Assembly: GCA_951406725.2 (NCBI GenBank)
Contig: OX597828.1
Coordinates: 6,014,001 to 6,078,000, forward strand
Reading direction: 5' to 3'
DNA length: 64,000 nt
Source of the DNA: Octopus vulgaris
Lineage: Eukaryota
Shown here in pieces: positions 1-14,385 of this stretch. The notes under the pieces are model-generated. The model was not told the origin of the DNA and made no database searches. It saw only the letters and a list, made by a program, of their open reading frames with translations. The translations under genes were made by a program, and so were the position numbers. Each line of letters begins with the position of its first letter. Within the stretch, counting starts at the first letter, position 1.

Positions 1-814
1 GAGTTTGCTTGTGAAAGAACTGTAAATAACTTTCGGCTTACATTTGAGTCTCGCTGAGTAAATTCTGGGGTCATTCAGTTAGCTTTTGTTTCTGTAATAT
101 GTTGTACAAACATACAAACTAAGATTACTTGTTATTTTCTTGATGGGATTAACATGTTTTAGGATAATCATTTCGTTTGGTAAGAAGAAAGCAAATTTCT
201 GTTGTTTCGTGAATGATTGTTTATCATTTCCTGTTTTTATCACTGCATCTAGGAAGAAAAGGCAACATCTATAACCTCTTTACTTTCTCAGAAACCCCAA
301 GACTGGTAAAAGAAAAAGGAAGTAAAAAAAAAAAAAACTGGTAAGAATGTTTACAACAGAGTAAAGTCTACTTAAGTCGTATTTCGACTACGTATTGGAG
401 CCAAATTGGGCGACGCGCAAGACTGCCATCCATGAACATAAGAACCGAAGAGCTGCAGCATGTACGGCAAGGCATCTATCGATTCGATCAAACTACCGCA
501 ATGAACAAGAACTTTATATTTTCGACCCTGAAAGATGAACTGTTGATATAGAATTTGGACATAGCCACCAGAAAGCCGGATCGATTAACACTGGACATTT
601 GTTCTATGCTTTAACAACTCAAACAAATTGACGCTATATCAATATACGGGAATTAGTTTTATCTTCGTCAGACACATGACGTATCAAATCAAAATTGTCA
701 TCCGTATATACATAAGTATTATTTGCCCAATATACATCTCATAGGTTTTCTTTTGTAACTGTTTATAGTTTTATAATATTTCGGATATTCTATCCAATAA
801 AAACGATAAGCCTC

Positions 815-1110
815 GCCCTTTTCAAGCCTAGCCAGGCTCATGGGCCCGGTTTCCCGGTTTCTGTGGCGTATGTGTTCCCCCCAGCTGGACGGGACGCCAG
901 TCCATCGCAGCTTTAGTCAAGAAACAGGAAGAGAGAGTGAGAGAAAGTTGTGGCGAAAGAGTACAACAGGGGTCACCCCCACCTATCGGAGCCTAGTGGA
1001 GCTCTTTTAGGTGTTTTCGCTCAATAAACACACAACGCTCGGTCTCGGAATCGAAACCACGTTCCTCCGACCGCGAGTCCGCTGCCCTAACCACTGTGCC
1101 CTTGCGCCTC
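815..1110 (-). mobile_element. tRNA-derived SINE (second family), near full length
   Basis: The minus strand begins GAGGCGCAAGGGCACAGTGGTTAGGGCAGCGGACTCGCGGTCGGAGG...GGTTTCGATTCC (A/B-box-like head). It has a GC-rich body and ends in GCGATGGACTGGCGTCCCGTCCAG...AGAAACCGG. Confidence 0.75.
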
Positions 1111-2699
1111 AACTTCTATCCTATAGGTAGAACATAAATTTACTGTATGTACATTTGAAGCCCATTGATATAGGAGTTCGGAAAATTATCATCTAATTTG
1201 GATTTAAATCACGATAGCATTGAAATACAGAATTCAACACCTAATGAATTGGTTTTTGTGTTTTGATGTTTGTTCTGGTTTTCATGAAATGCAAAAGAAA
1301 TTAAAGAAACGAAAAGGAAATGGACTTTCGTCTAAATATATTTTGATATTCAGTATCTCACCCCTATTTTCTGTTTAGACTTATAATAAATATACACTCT
1401 AACAACGAAATATTTCTCTTAACTACACCCCATGTATATTACAAATATTTTGTGCATTATATATTTCACTAAAATTAAGTATATGCGAACACATTTTGAA
1501 CCAGGAATTCTACTCCAAAATTTGCTGTCCAAAATAATCAATATATTATAATAGACTATATGAAGAAAAGTAACAGTAGTAAGTTTGCGATGGAATGTAA
1601 TTGCTTTTAATGTATGGAGAATTAAAACCTAACGAAAAGAAATTACCGCATGTTTGAGTGTTTGATTGCGCGATTGACGTGAAGAGTACGAAAGAACCAT
1701 GTTACAAATATGTTGTTCTAATATCTAATTTAGGAAAGTTTTAAAAAGTTGACATTGTCGTTTATTTCAAAGAGAAATTAAACAATAAACAAACTAACAC
1801 TAATTACAAAGAAAAACATGCAATGTCAGCTTAAGCAGAAGTAAACAGCAACGTAAAGTAAGATGCCATAGAAACAAATGTAATGTTAAAGCGTAACACA
1901 CGAAAGATCAAAAGAAAACATTGACACTCATCGAATTAGAATCATTAGAAAACAATGGTGGAACATTTTTTTTCAAATCAGCAAACTTAGAAAACAGGAG
2001 AAACCGAATAGATTGAATTAAAATGACGCAAAATGAGCAAATATGATACAGTGTTGCTGGAGTCGGACTATTTTAAGTGTTTAGAAACGGATTTTAGAAT
2101 TTGAGTAAAAGAGGTTAAAGAAACAAAACCTGGTCGTACATTGACACAGTATGTAAATACTCCTTTATGGCCACAATGTTTCTGTATACCAGTAAGTAAC
2201 TCTATACAAAACTGTGTTCATGAATCAGTTAACAATACCTACATGTTGGACCTGGAAATGCGTATTATCCACATCTTTCTCATATAACGTACAAGTGTAT
2301 GCAAAAGAAAATGTATCCTGAATTCTGCACCCTTGGTATAGACAAACAGTAAAAATGAAATGTTGAAAATCGAATCTAATTTGATCCTACATTTTCTCAT
2401 TAGGTCTAACCAACTGTTAAAATGCAATAAAGACTTACACTGTTCGTTGCTTCTTAGATATAAATAAATTAAATTTTCCTTAAAATTCAGTTCATTGGTG
2501 TTATTTCACAAACATGTTTAACGTAAGTTTTAGGTTAGTTGTCATAAATCGTTAAAAGCTGTATTGCTCACATTGATAGGGCTTGAATATAATAATATTT
2601 GCTTATAAATTATTTTTACGTTGGTTGAATTTGCACAAACGGAAATTCTGCTTATCCACTTTCATCCTTTTTATTTCTAAAGAAGAAATAATATAATAT

Positions 2700-2893
2700 T
2701 GATTTCAATAGTTGACACAAGATAGCAATTTCGGGGAAGGGGCTAAATTTATTACATTCATGCTGGGATTCAACGGGTGCTTCAATCTATCCACCCCGAA
2801 ATAATGAAATGCAATATCAACCCCTGCGGAATTTCCTGAACGTGAAAATTGACAAAATCTTGCTAAGCATTTCGCTAACGAATCTGCCAGCTT
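2700..2893 (-). mobile_element. Degenerate SINE (third family)
   Basis: Reverse-complement similarity to 20845-20987 and direct similarity to 63944-64000 (tttcaa..ttg.cacaa...caatttcgggg..gg.ggctaa). Confidence 0.5.
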
Positions 2894-4802
2894 CGAAATG
2901 CATATTATATGTCACTTTATAAACTTAAATGTAAGATGTATTGTAAGTAATATGTATAATAGTAGTTTACTTGCACAAACGTCATATGCTTACTGATGTT
3001 CAGTTGGCCTCATTAGAAGATCTGTAAACCCATATATTACAGAATTCATCTCCTTCATTTAAATGTCTCTACCTAAGATTTTATACGAGAATTTTTTGTT
3101 TATTTAGTTCATGACAGGTCACTATGTTTGTGGTCTCTTCAGTTTTCAATTAAATAAGGTAGCATAAGAGAACAAAACATAGAAATGCTTGAACATTATT
3201 TTTTATCCCGGGTTAAACAAAGGATTTCTAACGTAAATTTACAGGATGGTGCAAACAATCCGCATATACCACAATATCGGTGCTTGAAAATAAAGACACT
3301 TTTTATGCCTATCCCCATAAGTCGTGAAATGGAATCATCCTTTCCCGTCACGAGTAACATTGCATCAGACTTTTTTAAATATAATTTTCGAATATTTTGC
3401 TTCTTATCCGCCGATATTTCAAACATCTTAACTTTTTTCTATTTATTAAACCTCCTTAGATTTATGTTCATTGGAATAATCACAACACGAGGATTATACA
3501 TATATATATATATATAGAGAGAGAGAGACATGCTCGCACACATACATATGAATATGCATGCATATATATATATATATACATATATATATATGTATGTATG
3601 TATGTATGTATATGTATATGTTTCTCACTGACTCGTATGTTAAAAACACGATTAAGAGGTGTTAGCAGCGTGAACAGACAACCAAATTTAAGTGCTCTTT
3701 TCTTTCAATGGCATGGATATTTCAAATATAACAAAATATAAAACCAAAAATGATATAAAGACATAGAAAACAATTAAACAAAAATATTTAAGAAAACTGC
3801 AGGTACTAAACAAACTAACTATAATTTAATGTAAATATCAAAATCTATCTTTCAATTTTCTTTTGACATTTACATCAAACTTTGCCCGTCATAAAAACTG
3901 AATGACAGTACAATTCATAAAATCGTCAGTGGAAACATAAAAACTTCGTGTGTAGAAATCATCTAGAATCCTAACACATGTTTTTGACATATTTGGTTCA
4001 CGATTTTGATAGTAGATATATTGTGAAAATTTATTTTTTAAAAACACCTCTAAGTGACATTCCATTTGTTTACATTAAGCTCTCATACCTTCATGCAGCC
4101 TAGTGATAGAATTACTATAGAAACGATTCAGTATAGTTTAATGGAATTACATTAATTTGTTTCGTTCCGTTACACTTTTGTTCAAATAATTCCCATTTTT
4201 ATCTTCCTTGTTCTTATTTTGGGATCTATGAAATATGCACACATTTGCAATAGAACCGATTCAATTGAACTTACATTAGAGTAACGGAAGCACATAAGAA
4301 TTGTTTCTTAAACGGCTGCTACATGTAAATTATAATTATACATCGATATATGATTGTTTAGCTGGGATCAAACAACTACCGCAAAGACACCAAAATTATC
4401 TTAACTATTATTCGAATAAAGAAAACCGTTAAGCTCTTTGCAAGAAATTATTCTTTAATTAGTTTATTCTGGGTACACATCAGTTTATTATATAACTTAA
4501 GTACATCTGAAAACAGTTTTTTAGGGCTTTCCAGCTACAGGCCAGAGAGAAAATATACGAATTAATTATTTAAAACGACAGCCGTAAAGAACTTATGTTA
4601 TCATATATTACTGAACTTTCTCTGACATTTTAAACTTTTAGAATGAAGAAGTAGAATATTCTGGCGTCCGGGATTTTTCCACGTGCAATAATTCAACAAA
4701 GGAATTTGCATTAGTTTCCCTTTATTATTGAAAACACATTTCAGTCTCGGCTGGCAAGGAGTCAAACCATTTCTCGATGATACTAATTTTCTGTTCAGTT
4801 AT

Positions 4803-5185
4803 GTTGTTGTCGTCATCATCATCATCACCATCATTATCATCACCTGCTCATCGTCCACCCTCACCATTTGAATGCTAAGATAACAGCTTCGGACCTTGTT
4901 TTCCTTATGATTCACTGTATCTTAAGACAATTTCATTCCTGAGATTATCTATTCACTTATTTTCTTCGTTTTTCTTTCTTCCATTTTCATATATTCTGCC
5001 TTCTATTAACAGTTAAACATTTTTTTTCTAATTAACTGTCCGAAATATTTTAGTTTTCTTTTTCGTTAGTATCTAATAAAACTTTCTTAGTTTTTGCAAT
5101 TCTTAGTATTTTATTATTGGTTCTATGTTTTGTTCATGATAATCTTAAATGTCTTCTGTATTAACTACATTTCAAAAGCATCTAA
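4803..5185 (-). pseudogene. RTE-like LINE 3' end remnant with (GAT)n-type tail
   Basis: The minus strand encodes DAFEM*, YRRHLRLS*TKHRTNNKILR and KYFGQ (compare RTE/BovB DAFEMW-CYRRMLRISW...N.EVL...KYFGH), followed by a trinucleotide tail at about 4803-4842. Confidence 0.6.
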
Positions 5186-6042
5186 TTTATTTGATAATAC
5201 TATTTTGTATGCAATTATATAGTTGTTAAAACAATTGATCTGTCATTGTGACGTTATATTTTTATAGTTGTATTTTCGAGAGAAAAAATATTCAAAGTAT
5301 AAAAAACTATTCAATATGATAAATATTAACCGAAAACATAAATTATAGTTAAATCTTGGCCATTAAGAAAATGTGGACAAAGACACTTTATGTTAATTGA
5401 CAGCATTTTTATTAACTGTACTTTTCCTCTTTCCTCGTGTAATAAAAGTCGGGCGCTTTTAGAAACTATTATGTAACACAGCATCCTCAGAGCAAATAAT
5501 TTTTTTGCATTGAAAATGATTAGCTACCGTATATCAAAAAGAATTGTTACAGAAATATTCACACATCCTTCATGAAATAAAAACGTAATTGGTCTTTTTT
5601 TTCTTTGAAGAACCATAGAGGAATTGCTATTTATTTTTAAATGTGAAATATGACTTCTAACATATAATTTTATGCTCAAAATAAAAACTTTGCATTCAAA
5701 TATTATTTCTTTCATATATTTTATATTAAATTGTAAATAGTTTAAATTTGTACAGATTTATACTAATAATCAAATTAATTTCCCTAAACTGTATGTTAAA
5801 AAGAGGGAGGATTTCCTAACTTCTACGCAATCCAAACAGTATAATGTCATTAAGAACTTATAATGCCTAAAACTATTACAAACTAATTTCAGGGTATATC
5901 CCCACAATCTGAATAACTTAGAAATAAATATGCATGACTAACCTTGGCTTGGATAATGAAGGTACAAATCTCTCTGTACAGAGAAATGTTCCTACTTCAC
6001 AGGAACATTATTTTTGCTTTCCACCATGTATATATATACATA

Positions 6043-6268
6043 TATTACGGAGATGAACTTGCATAGCAAGTGACCTGGTGGAAGGTATTTATAAGCCATT
6101 TAAGAATCACGCAAAAACCGTTAGGATCACTTCAACATTGGAACTTAATTTGCCAAAACACTTTCGTCGCTTTGAGACCGCGACATATGCACGGGCAAAA
6201 TTCCGTGCTGCATCTCTTTTTGTGTGTTAGTTAAATAGTTCATAAACACCTTCCACGCTGCAATTCAG
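6043..6268 (-). mobile_element. Dispersed repeat F8 with degenerate hammerhead-like fold and short inverted segment
   Basis: Homologous to 38503-38715. Minus 6199-6149 reads TTTGCC-cgtgcatat-GTCGC ggtctcaaa GCGAC-GAAA-gtgtttt-GGCAAA. 6242-6256 is an inverted copy of 6078-6092. The element follows a TA tract. Confidence 0.5.
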
Positions 6269-7011
6269 ATTAAACAATTACATTTATGTTGCTTGCTTTT
6301 TCTCGCTTAGGAATATCAATGCTTTTTAAAAAAGTTATTGTGGTCCATGCTACAATGTTTCGGTGAAAAATATAGGGCAGTTTTTCAAAAAAAATATTCC
6401 TGTTAATCAAAATCTTAAATGAATGAGATGTCCTAATATGCAATATGAAAGAATATTGTCAAATTTCACTTGGTTTTGCAAGACCAAAATTTTCTCTTAA
6501 AGATTCGGTGACCTATGCACAGTAGCCATATTCATATTTAAATCTGCTTTGCGTTTTACATATTCCTCTGTATTGAAATATCAATTGATTCTGTCTACGT
6601 AGATGCCATATTTCTATAGCTTTTTGAAATTTACTGATACAAACAAGCCGAGCCACGTAGGAATGATTGTTTGATTAGTCCAAGGACTCCTAAAGTCAGC
6701 GATTGAATGATGGAACTTAGCAGTAAATACTAATCTACACTGTTTATTATTTATTATTGGAAAACATACATAATGTTATATTTATATAGTATATTATGGC
6801 TGTCTAGACAATTGTTGTGACTCCAACTCTATGAAACCTCTGTTCATACATCTAAATATATCTCCTGCCAAGAGCCATATTGTTGCTAGAGTTTCGATAT
6901 TAGTTGAAAGAAACCTATATTTGATCTTCAGAGCTGGCCAATTATATTTCTTCGGTTGAATAGGTTCAATACATTAAAGAATAGGTATGTATATTTATAT
7001 GTATGTATTTA

Positions 7012-7050
<39 letters not shown>

Positions 7051-7078
7051 TATGCATATTTAAATACACGCACACACA

Positions 7079-7174
<96 letters not shown>

Positions 7175-7579
7175 CATATATATATTGACCAGTTACCTAT
7201 TGATATAGAGAAGGGCTAATAGAATTCAGTATGTTTTGTTACAATTGAATGTTGGATATAAACATAAAATATAGTTTACGTCAGATTAAATAATTTCAAA
7301 AAATATCTAATTGAGCTTAGTTTTGTTTCAAATGTCATGACCTGAACTTGCTTTCAAGTCCAATGTAATAAAACCAAATGAACTTATGATAAGATAAAAT
7401 AACTAAGATGAATGAAGTTATTTTTTTCCACATTTCAGAAATTCCAAAATACCTTTCAATCTATCTGAACATAGTATATCGCATTCTATCTATCTATACA
7501 CACACACACACACACACACACACGCATATATATATATGTGTGTGTACATACATATATGCATATATATATTTACATTTGC

Positions 7580-7619
<40 letters not shown>

Positions 7620-7874
7620 AGATAGATGGATATAGATATATGTATGTATATATATATATTTATTTTATTACATATATAATATATATATATTTGTTATATA
7701 TACGTATATATATTTATGTATATATATATGTGTGTGTGTGTATGTAAATATATATGTACAATATAAATATATAATTGTATGTAAGCATTTATATATATAT
7801 AAATAATACATATATGAATATGTATATTTGTATATATATATATAATATGAATATATATACATATATGGATTTTA

Positions 7875-7911
<37 letters not shown>

Positions 7912-8414
7912 TTGCAATTCTTTCTCAAATGTGATTAAGAGTACAACTATAACTATATAACGTATATATCATTAAAAAGTCATATATCAATATATATCAC
8001 ATCTATTTATTTTTTGAGTAGTAGAATCTGCAGAATAAAAGAAAGTGAACCAATAAAAATATCTAGGCAGAGATAAAAATTAAAGAAAGATAAGAATAGG
8101 AACAAAATAATTGAAAAAGTAATGGTCATGAAATATGTATAGATTAATCTTTGACGTTTGTCAATAGCTGTTATGCTATTCTTTGCGTACGGTTTCAAAG
8201 CCTGGGTGTCTGCAGGGTAAAGCCAGATATATTACAGGGGAAAAAAACGAAGATAAAATGCTCAAATCGCATGAGTGTGTATATGTGTGTGTGACTGTAT
8301 ATGTGAGTGTGTCTGTTTGTATATATATAAATATTATATATATATATATGTATATATATTATATATATATATATTATATATGTAATATTATATATATATG
8401 TAAACATACATACA

Positions 8415-8461
<47 letters not shown>

Positions 8462-8502
8462 TAAGAATGAGACACATAAGAGAGAGAGAGATATTTAGTT
8501 AT

Positions 8503-8534
<32 letters not shown>

Positions 8535-8952
8535 GCCCACATATGTTTACGCACACATGTATGCACATATGTGCATATATCAGTGTGTTCATTTCTGTAT
8601 GTCTACTGATGTGCGTCTCTGTTTGACTACACATAAAAGGTGACGACAGTTATACATAAATACATACATGTATATTATACATCAGATGTATATGTGCATA
8701 AAATACAAATGCAATTTATGTATATGTACGCATGCCTGCATAAGAACACCTGCATATTTACCGATGTATTTATGATTCTCTTTTTTTTAACTCTCGTTGT
8801 AAAAGGTCAACTGTTATGTGGGAAAGACAAATGAAAAGAATATACAATAAATTTAATGAAAGCGAAAACTGTTTTAAACAGGTTTCCGTTAATATTCCAT
8901 TAAACATTACGCAAGAAAAAGGTCAAAACATGCAAGCAAAAACACAGAAGAA

Positions 8953-8991
<39 letters not shown>

Positions 8992-9353
8992 AAAATCTGT
9001 CGAAAATACAGAGCATATTTCGACAAACAAATGCATATATTTGCGATTGAATAACTGGCTTCATACTCGTATGCTCTTACCAATCCTTGACAAAACATAA
9101 TAGCTTTTCCCAGAACTGCATCTATACATTCTTTCCCACTTTTTCTTGCAGTCAAACGGCAGCTTAATGCTACTCTCAGATCTTGCGTGACACACCTTGC
9201 TCATTCTGTTAATCCTATTAAAGTGTATAATTTTTTTATTGCTGATTGTTATCACGTCTCTTATTTGTTTCCCAATTCTACTCAATTTCGCGATATTAAT
9301 ACCACTGTTGCTCGAGCTAGATGTAGGGATATGGAACACTTTCATATATATAG

Positions 9354-9400
<47 letters not shown>

Positions 9401-9402
<2 letters not shown>

Positions 9403-9552
9403 CGTAGGAGTGACTGTGTGGAAAGTAGTTTTCTTACCAGCCACATGGTTCCGGGTTCAGTCCCACTGCGTGGCACCTTGGGCAAATGTATTCTATTATA
9501 CCCTTGGGACGACCAAATCCTTGTGAGTTGATTTGGTAGAAGGAAACTGAAA
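9401..9552 (+). mobile_element. Main tRNA-derived SINE, 5' half
   Basis: GGCGTAGGAGTGACTGTGTGG...GGTTCAGTCCCACTGCGTGGCACCTTGGGCAA matches the other copies in the window. Confidence 0.85.
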
Positions 9553-9631
9553 CATATACATATATACATTCACATACACACATTGAAGCACATACGCGGG
9601 CACACAAACACACACAACCCCCCACAACCCC

Positions 9632-9700
<69 letters not shown>

Positions 9701-10331
9701 GATGAATTTAACAGAATGTCTTCGCGGATTTTCGAAATAGCACACCCACATAATTTTCTCTCTACATCCTTGCAAATAATAAGGGAAAAGAATTTTTGAA
9801 ACTTCATCAATTTGTTGAAACACCCTTCCCACACTGAAAAATTTGGAATTCAGTGGTCACCATTGCAATTCTCAATTCTTTTATTTTCAAAGTAAGAATG
9901 GAAAGTAGGTGCAGGACGATACACCGGGATCACTTTACTGCATTAAGTTACAGAAAACTACTGTTAATTGTTGGATAACGAACAAGGCATTTTATAAAAT
10001 TTGAAAGGGAAATAGAAGGAAAAGAATTGCTTCAGAAAAAACGAGAGAAGGGACAGAAAGAGAGAGACACACAAAATCCAATGAGGGAATAAAGAGAGAA
10101 AAAAGAAAACAAAGAAAAGATTGGAGAGGAAACTAGAAAGAAGGAAAAGGGAAAATGCAGAGAGAGAGAGAATGGCTTATCTCACCATGAACTCAACACT
10201 TGACACTGGTTCTCTCTACGTTAATGCAATAAAGCGTTCCCATTGTGATTCTATCCAGGGTAATGCACATTTTACACCCATTGAAGGATTCAAGTCAACC
10301 ATAGTTTTGAACAGAGTGTTCCGGCTAATAA

Positions 10332-12635
10332 CACTGGTCAACAAGTATTTTTCCCTAAGCATATATCAAGGTATACTTAGTGTAGTTTTTAATGCTAATT
10401 TCAAATATACAATTAGTTTTTTGACATCACGTACAGTTTTTAAGGTGAGAAAGTCTTTTGGTTTTTATCTCATGTATTATATAGAAATTCCATTTAATGA
10501 CGTGTATGCATGTATTTCATTTACATCATGGAAACATACCTTTAAAATAAACTGCATTAGTCATTGCTGCATAGTTCAGATGCAATATTTCATCATCTTA
10601 AATTAACCAATAATGTTTTATCTGATGAAAGATATTTCAACATCTCAAATTCTCAAGTCATAATTGGTCTGATGGAATAGTTGTAATGGTTTATCATCTT
10701 AAATTTAATATCAGTATAACCGTTTTTATATATTTCCTTGCTTGTTTTACAATGTTAACAATGTCAAGTCGGTGTAGAATTCGTGCTGATGTGTTTTGTT
10801 ATGTCAGTGGATAATTTATCGTGAAATCTCAAAAACGTAAATTAACATCAGAAATCAAGAAGATTCATAAGCTATACTTTGATTATCTTCTTGGAGATCA
10901 AGACAAGTAATAGGCATCACATTCTATCTAATCAGCTTGCTCTAATGGTTTACATGACTGTTTCAATAATAAGTGCATGCCTTTTGCCATTCAAATGACA
11001 TGGAAGGAGCCGAAAGATCATTTTAATGACTATTATTTTTGCAAAGTATATGTCAGCATTTTTCTATGAAGAAAAGAACACAAAATTGTGTATCCCAATT
11101 TGGATTCTGCAATGAGACTTGTGCTTCACAATGGAAGTCTGCCAATTCCCTTTCAGCCGGATGATGGTAAGGAAACATCAGATGACGATGCTGACTGTCA
11201 CGATGGTGCTTCTGACGAAGATTACGTGGCCGATGGCGATAACTTTGAACCTCAGATTATTTCCCAAGCTTAATTGAATGACGTTATCAGAAACCTATCT
11301 CTCTCAAAAGATAAAGCAGAACTGTTTGCATCAACAATGAAAGAGAAATATCTACTAGAGCACGGTATTCGTATAGCTTATATTCGGCAGAGAAATGTGG
11401 TTCTACAAACGTGTTTTTCTGCTGAAGGCCCGCTTTGCTTTTGCAGTGACATCGATGGAATTTTCGAATGTTTATCACAAAATCATAATCCTGCAGAGTG
11501 ACGTTTGTTTATCGACTCTTCATTACGAATTTTAGAAGCTGTACTTCCTCCATAATGGTAATTTGAAGCCCTCCATTCCTCCTATTGCACACTCCGTTCA
11601 TCTTCATGAATATGGAATATGGAACTTTTATTTCATTTCATTGCCTGTGAAAAATATTCATGGAAAATATGTGGAAATTTAAAAATCATTGGAATGATAA
11701 TGATAATGCCGTCAGGTTTCACGAAATATTGTTGCTTCTTGTGTCTATGGGATAGTCAAGCAACTTACAGACATCATTCGGAATCAAACTGGCAGACAAA
11801 AACAGTCAGGACTCTCTAGCGTGAATAATACAACTCTTGTAGATCCATGTAATATCCTATTGCCTCCTTCGCACATAAAGCCTGGAATGATGAAACAGTT
11901 TGAAACGATACCAGGGAAGAAAAATGCCAGAGGCTTTGAGTATACCGTAGAAAAGTTTCTCAAAATCATACAGGCGAAAATTGAAAGAGGGTATCCTTGT
12001 CGGATCCCAAATAAGAAAAAAATACTCAATTAAGTTCATTTCAAGACTAGATGAACTAGAACTGCCTGCTTGCAATGTTTTCACTTGGATTTGTGAGAAT
12101 CTCTTGGGCAACAAGAAGGCAATGGACTGCAGGAAGCGCATCAAGAATCATCTGAAATTTTACTCAGCATTCGGTTGACGCATGTCACTGAAAGTTTTGT
12201 TCTAGGTCTCCCATCTGAATTTCTTCGCAGATAACCTTGCAGCAGTGTCTGATGAACATTGTGAAAGATTTTCCAAGAACATTAGTGATATGGAGAAACG
12301 GTAGCAATGCTCCTGAAATAAGGGTATGGTGGCTGACTACTGAAGGATACTTTACCGCGAACAACCAGATCAGTGACACCGCAGGAAATCCAAATGACAA
12401 TGTTTCTAACTTTGTTTTGTCTGACCCATTTTTTGTGTATTCATTCATAATGATGATTTTTAACCCAATCCTCATTTACTTTCTACAAATATGTCTTTAT
12501 TTATTACGTTAATGATTTCATATAAACAAATATGTAAATATTTGCATGCATCTACTGAAAAACTGAAGACTGAGCTGCCTATCAAAGGAGTGAAATTTTG
12601 AAATTAGCGTGAAAAATTGGCCTACAAAAGGTGTT
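10332..12635 (+). mobile_element. Degenerate DNA transposon, Chapaev3-like (CMC/Transib-related)
   Basis: Starts with CACTG. TIR remnants lie at 10385-10405 (GTTTTTAATGCTAATTTCAAA) and 12597-12617 (TTTGAAATTAGCGTGAAAAAT). It encloses a broken transposase. The superfamily assignment is from motif recall. Confidence 0.7.
10761..12365 (+). pseudogene. Transposase pseudogene (stops and frameshifts)
   Basis: MSSRCRIRADVFCYV, LGDQDK, WKEPKDH, YPNLDSAMR, LSKDKAELFAS, RLFIDSS, WKICGNLK, GFTKYCCFLCLWDS, ILLPPSHIKPGMMKQF, EGILVGSQIR and AVSDEHCERF occur in the expected order. Confidence 0.85.
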
Positions 12636-12696
12636 ATCTTAATTTCTTTTATATATACGCGTATGCGTTATTGTGCGAGAGAGTATTTGTGTGTGT

Positions 12697-12766
<70 letters not shown>

Positions 12767-12857
12767 TGTGTATGTGTGCATGCGAACGCACACACACACA
12801 CACACATTTCCCTTATTCCTATGTGAGTTACACACACACACACACACACACCACATA

Positions 12858-12907
<50 letters not shown>

Positions 12908-13283
12908 TCTATAATTTGTTTCTTTTGATCGCCACGTTTTTCTCTCTATTTATTCTGTATATTGTCATTTTTTCTCCCATTCTTTTGTTTCGATAACCCC
13001 TCTCTCTATCTTTCTCTCTCTTCCTTTCTACCTATCTATGACTCTCGCTCTTTCTTTGCTAATTTTTTTCATACTTCCTTCACAAAATACTTATAAAACG
13101 CTTCGGTATCTTCCAAAACCTAATATTAGTTCACTGTTTTGCTCAAGAACTCAACGCCCCCCACCCCCCGGCCTATGCACCGAACCTACTATCTGGGGAT
13201 CGTGAGTCCACACCCTCGCCACTACACCTCACGATTTTACACTCAAACACACGCGCACGTTTGCACACGCACACATGTATATA

Positions 13284-13400
13284 TCAGGTCATTAAAAACG
13301 AAATGTCCGATTTTGAATTGAAAGTTAATCAAAGTGTCCTCCTAAATTATCGACACAATTTTGCCATTTTATCGGAATCAAATTTATGCTGGCAGCATAA
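13284..13400. mobile_element. Possible mariner terminal fragment
   Basis: TA-TCAGGTCAT...TGTCCGATTTT resembles the terminus of the mariner at 50541. Confidence 0.35.
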
Positions 13401-13441
13401 ATACAGAGAAACACACACAAGGCATACATATCTATATCGGC

Positions 13442-13560
13442 AACAAGTACTGTCGTCACTAATGTGTCGGAGGGTGCTAGTAGGTACCAGCGTTGCTAGA
13501 AATAAGGGTCAAACCCAATTACTAGCAACCTCCATCATTTTAGTGACGATTGTACTTGTT
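13442..13560. mobile_element. MITE-like element with about 41-bp imperfect terminal inverted repeats
   Basis: 13442-13482 AACAAGTACTGTCGTCACTAATGTGTCGGAGGGTGCTAGTA matches the reverse complement of 13520-13560, AACAAGTACAATCGTCACTAAAATGATGGAGGTTGCTAGTA. Confidence 0.65.
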
Positions 13561-13631
13561 CCCTATCGTTTTTAAATTGCGAAAAAGCCACCATCATACT
13601 TACCACATAGACACTCCTGCATATATATATA

Positions 13632-14171
13632 TTCACCCTCTCTGTAATGCTAATAAGCAGGAATTGAGACCCACCTCGTTGTGATTAACAATGGATAAAT
13701 TTGTCGTCTGTGAGTATGTAATACCTCATCATATCTCTGGAAATTCATATGTGCACTATGGATTAGGTCACCTTCTCTGTGATGCTATTAAAACTTTTTT
13801 AAATTCTGTGATAAGACTGTACATCATCTTTAAAGAACTTTAATGAACTTTGGAAATCTGTTTATGTTACTTAATTATCTACATTACTTCATGAGTATAG
13901 CCTCAACCAATAGGATGTCTAGAGAACTCACGTGTATTTTAGCTGATGAGTACGGGACACGTTTATATGCTGTAATTTTTGCAACTTTTAATAAAGCCTG
14001 TCCTTGTATGAAACGATTGTACTAAAAACCTATCCATTCTTGTTGCTTCTTTCTCGCTTATAATCACCCCACATTACTGTATTGTTAAAACAGTATAGTT
14101 TTTTTTTTGGTGCATCTAAGTTAGGTACCATATTCAAGTAAATTCATTTAAATTAACTTGAATCTTCATTG

Positions 14172-14174
<3 letters not shown>
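13632..14174 (+). mobile_element. Hammerhead-bearing element, family F4, between TA tracts
   Basis: The downstream part (CCATTCTTGTTGCTT...TAATCACCCC...TGGTGC...TTAGGTACCATATTCA) is shared with 52490-52654 and 41164-41290(-). The 5' boundary is uncertain. Confidence 0.65.
13937..14027 (+). ncRNA. Type-I hammerhead ribozyme (GUA site)
   Basis: TTTTAG-CTGATGA-GTACGGGAC...GTCCTTGTAT-GAAA-CGATTG-TA-CTAAAA. Stem I has 6 bp and stem II is paired. Confidence 0.8.
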
Positions 14175-14216
<42 letters not shown>

Positions 14217-14256
14217 TTATATATATACATATATACACATATATATATACAAACAA

Positions 14257-14287
<31 letters not shown>

Positions 14288-14353
14288 TACATATATACAT
14301 ATATATATATACAAACATATATATATATATATGTATATATATATGTATATACA

Positions 14354-14385
<32 letters not shown>

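Noticed and set aside
1040-1110. tRNA-like sequence on the minus strand
   Set aside because: It continues into a SINE body and lacks a paired acceptor stem; it is a SINE head, not a tRNA gene.
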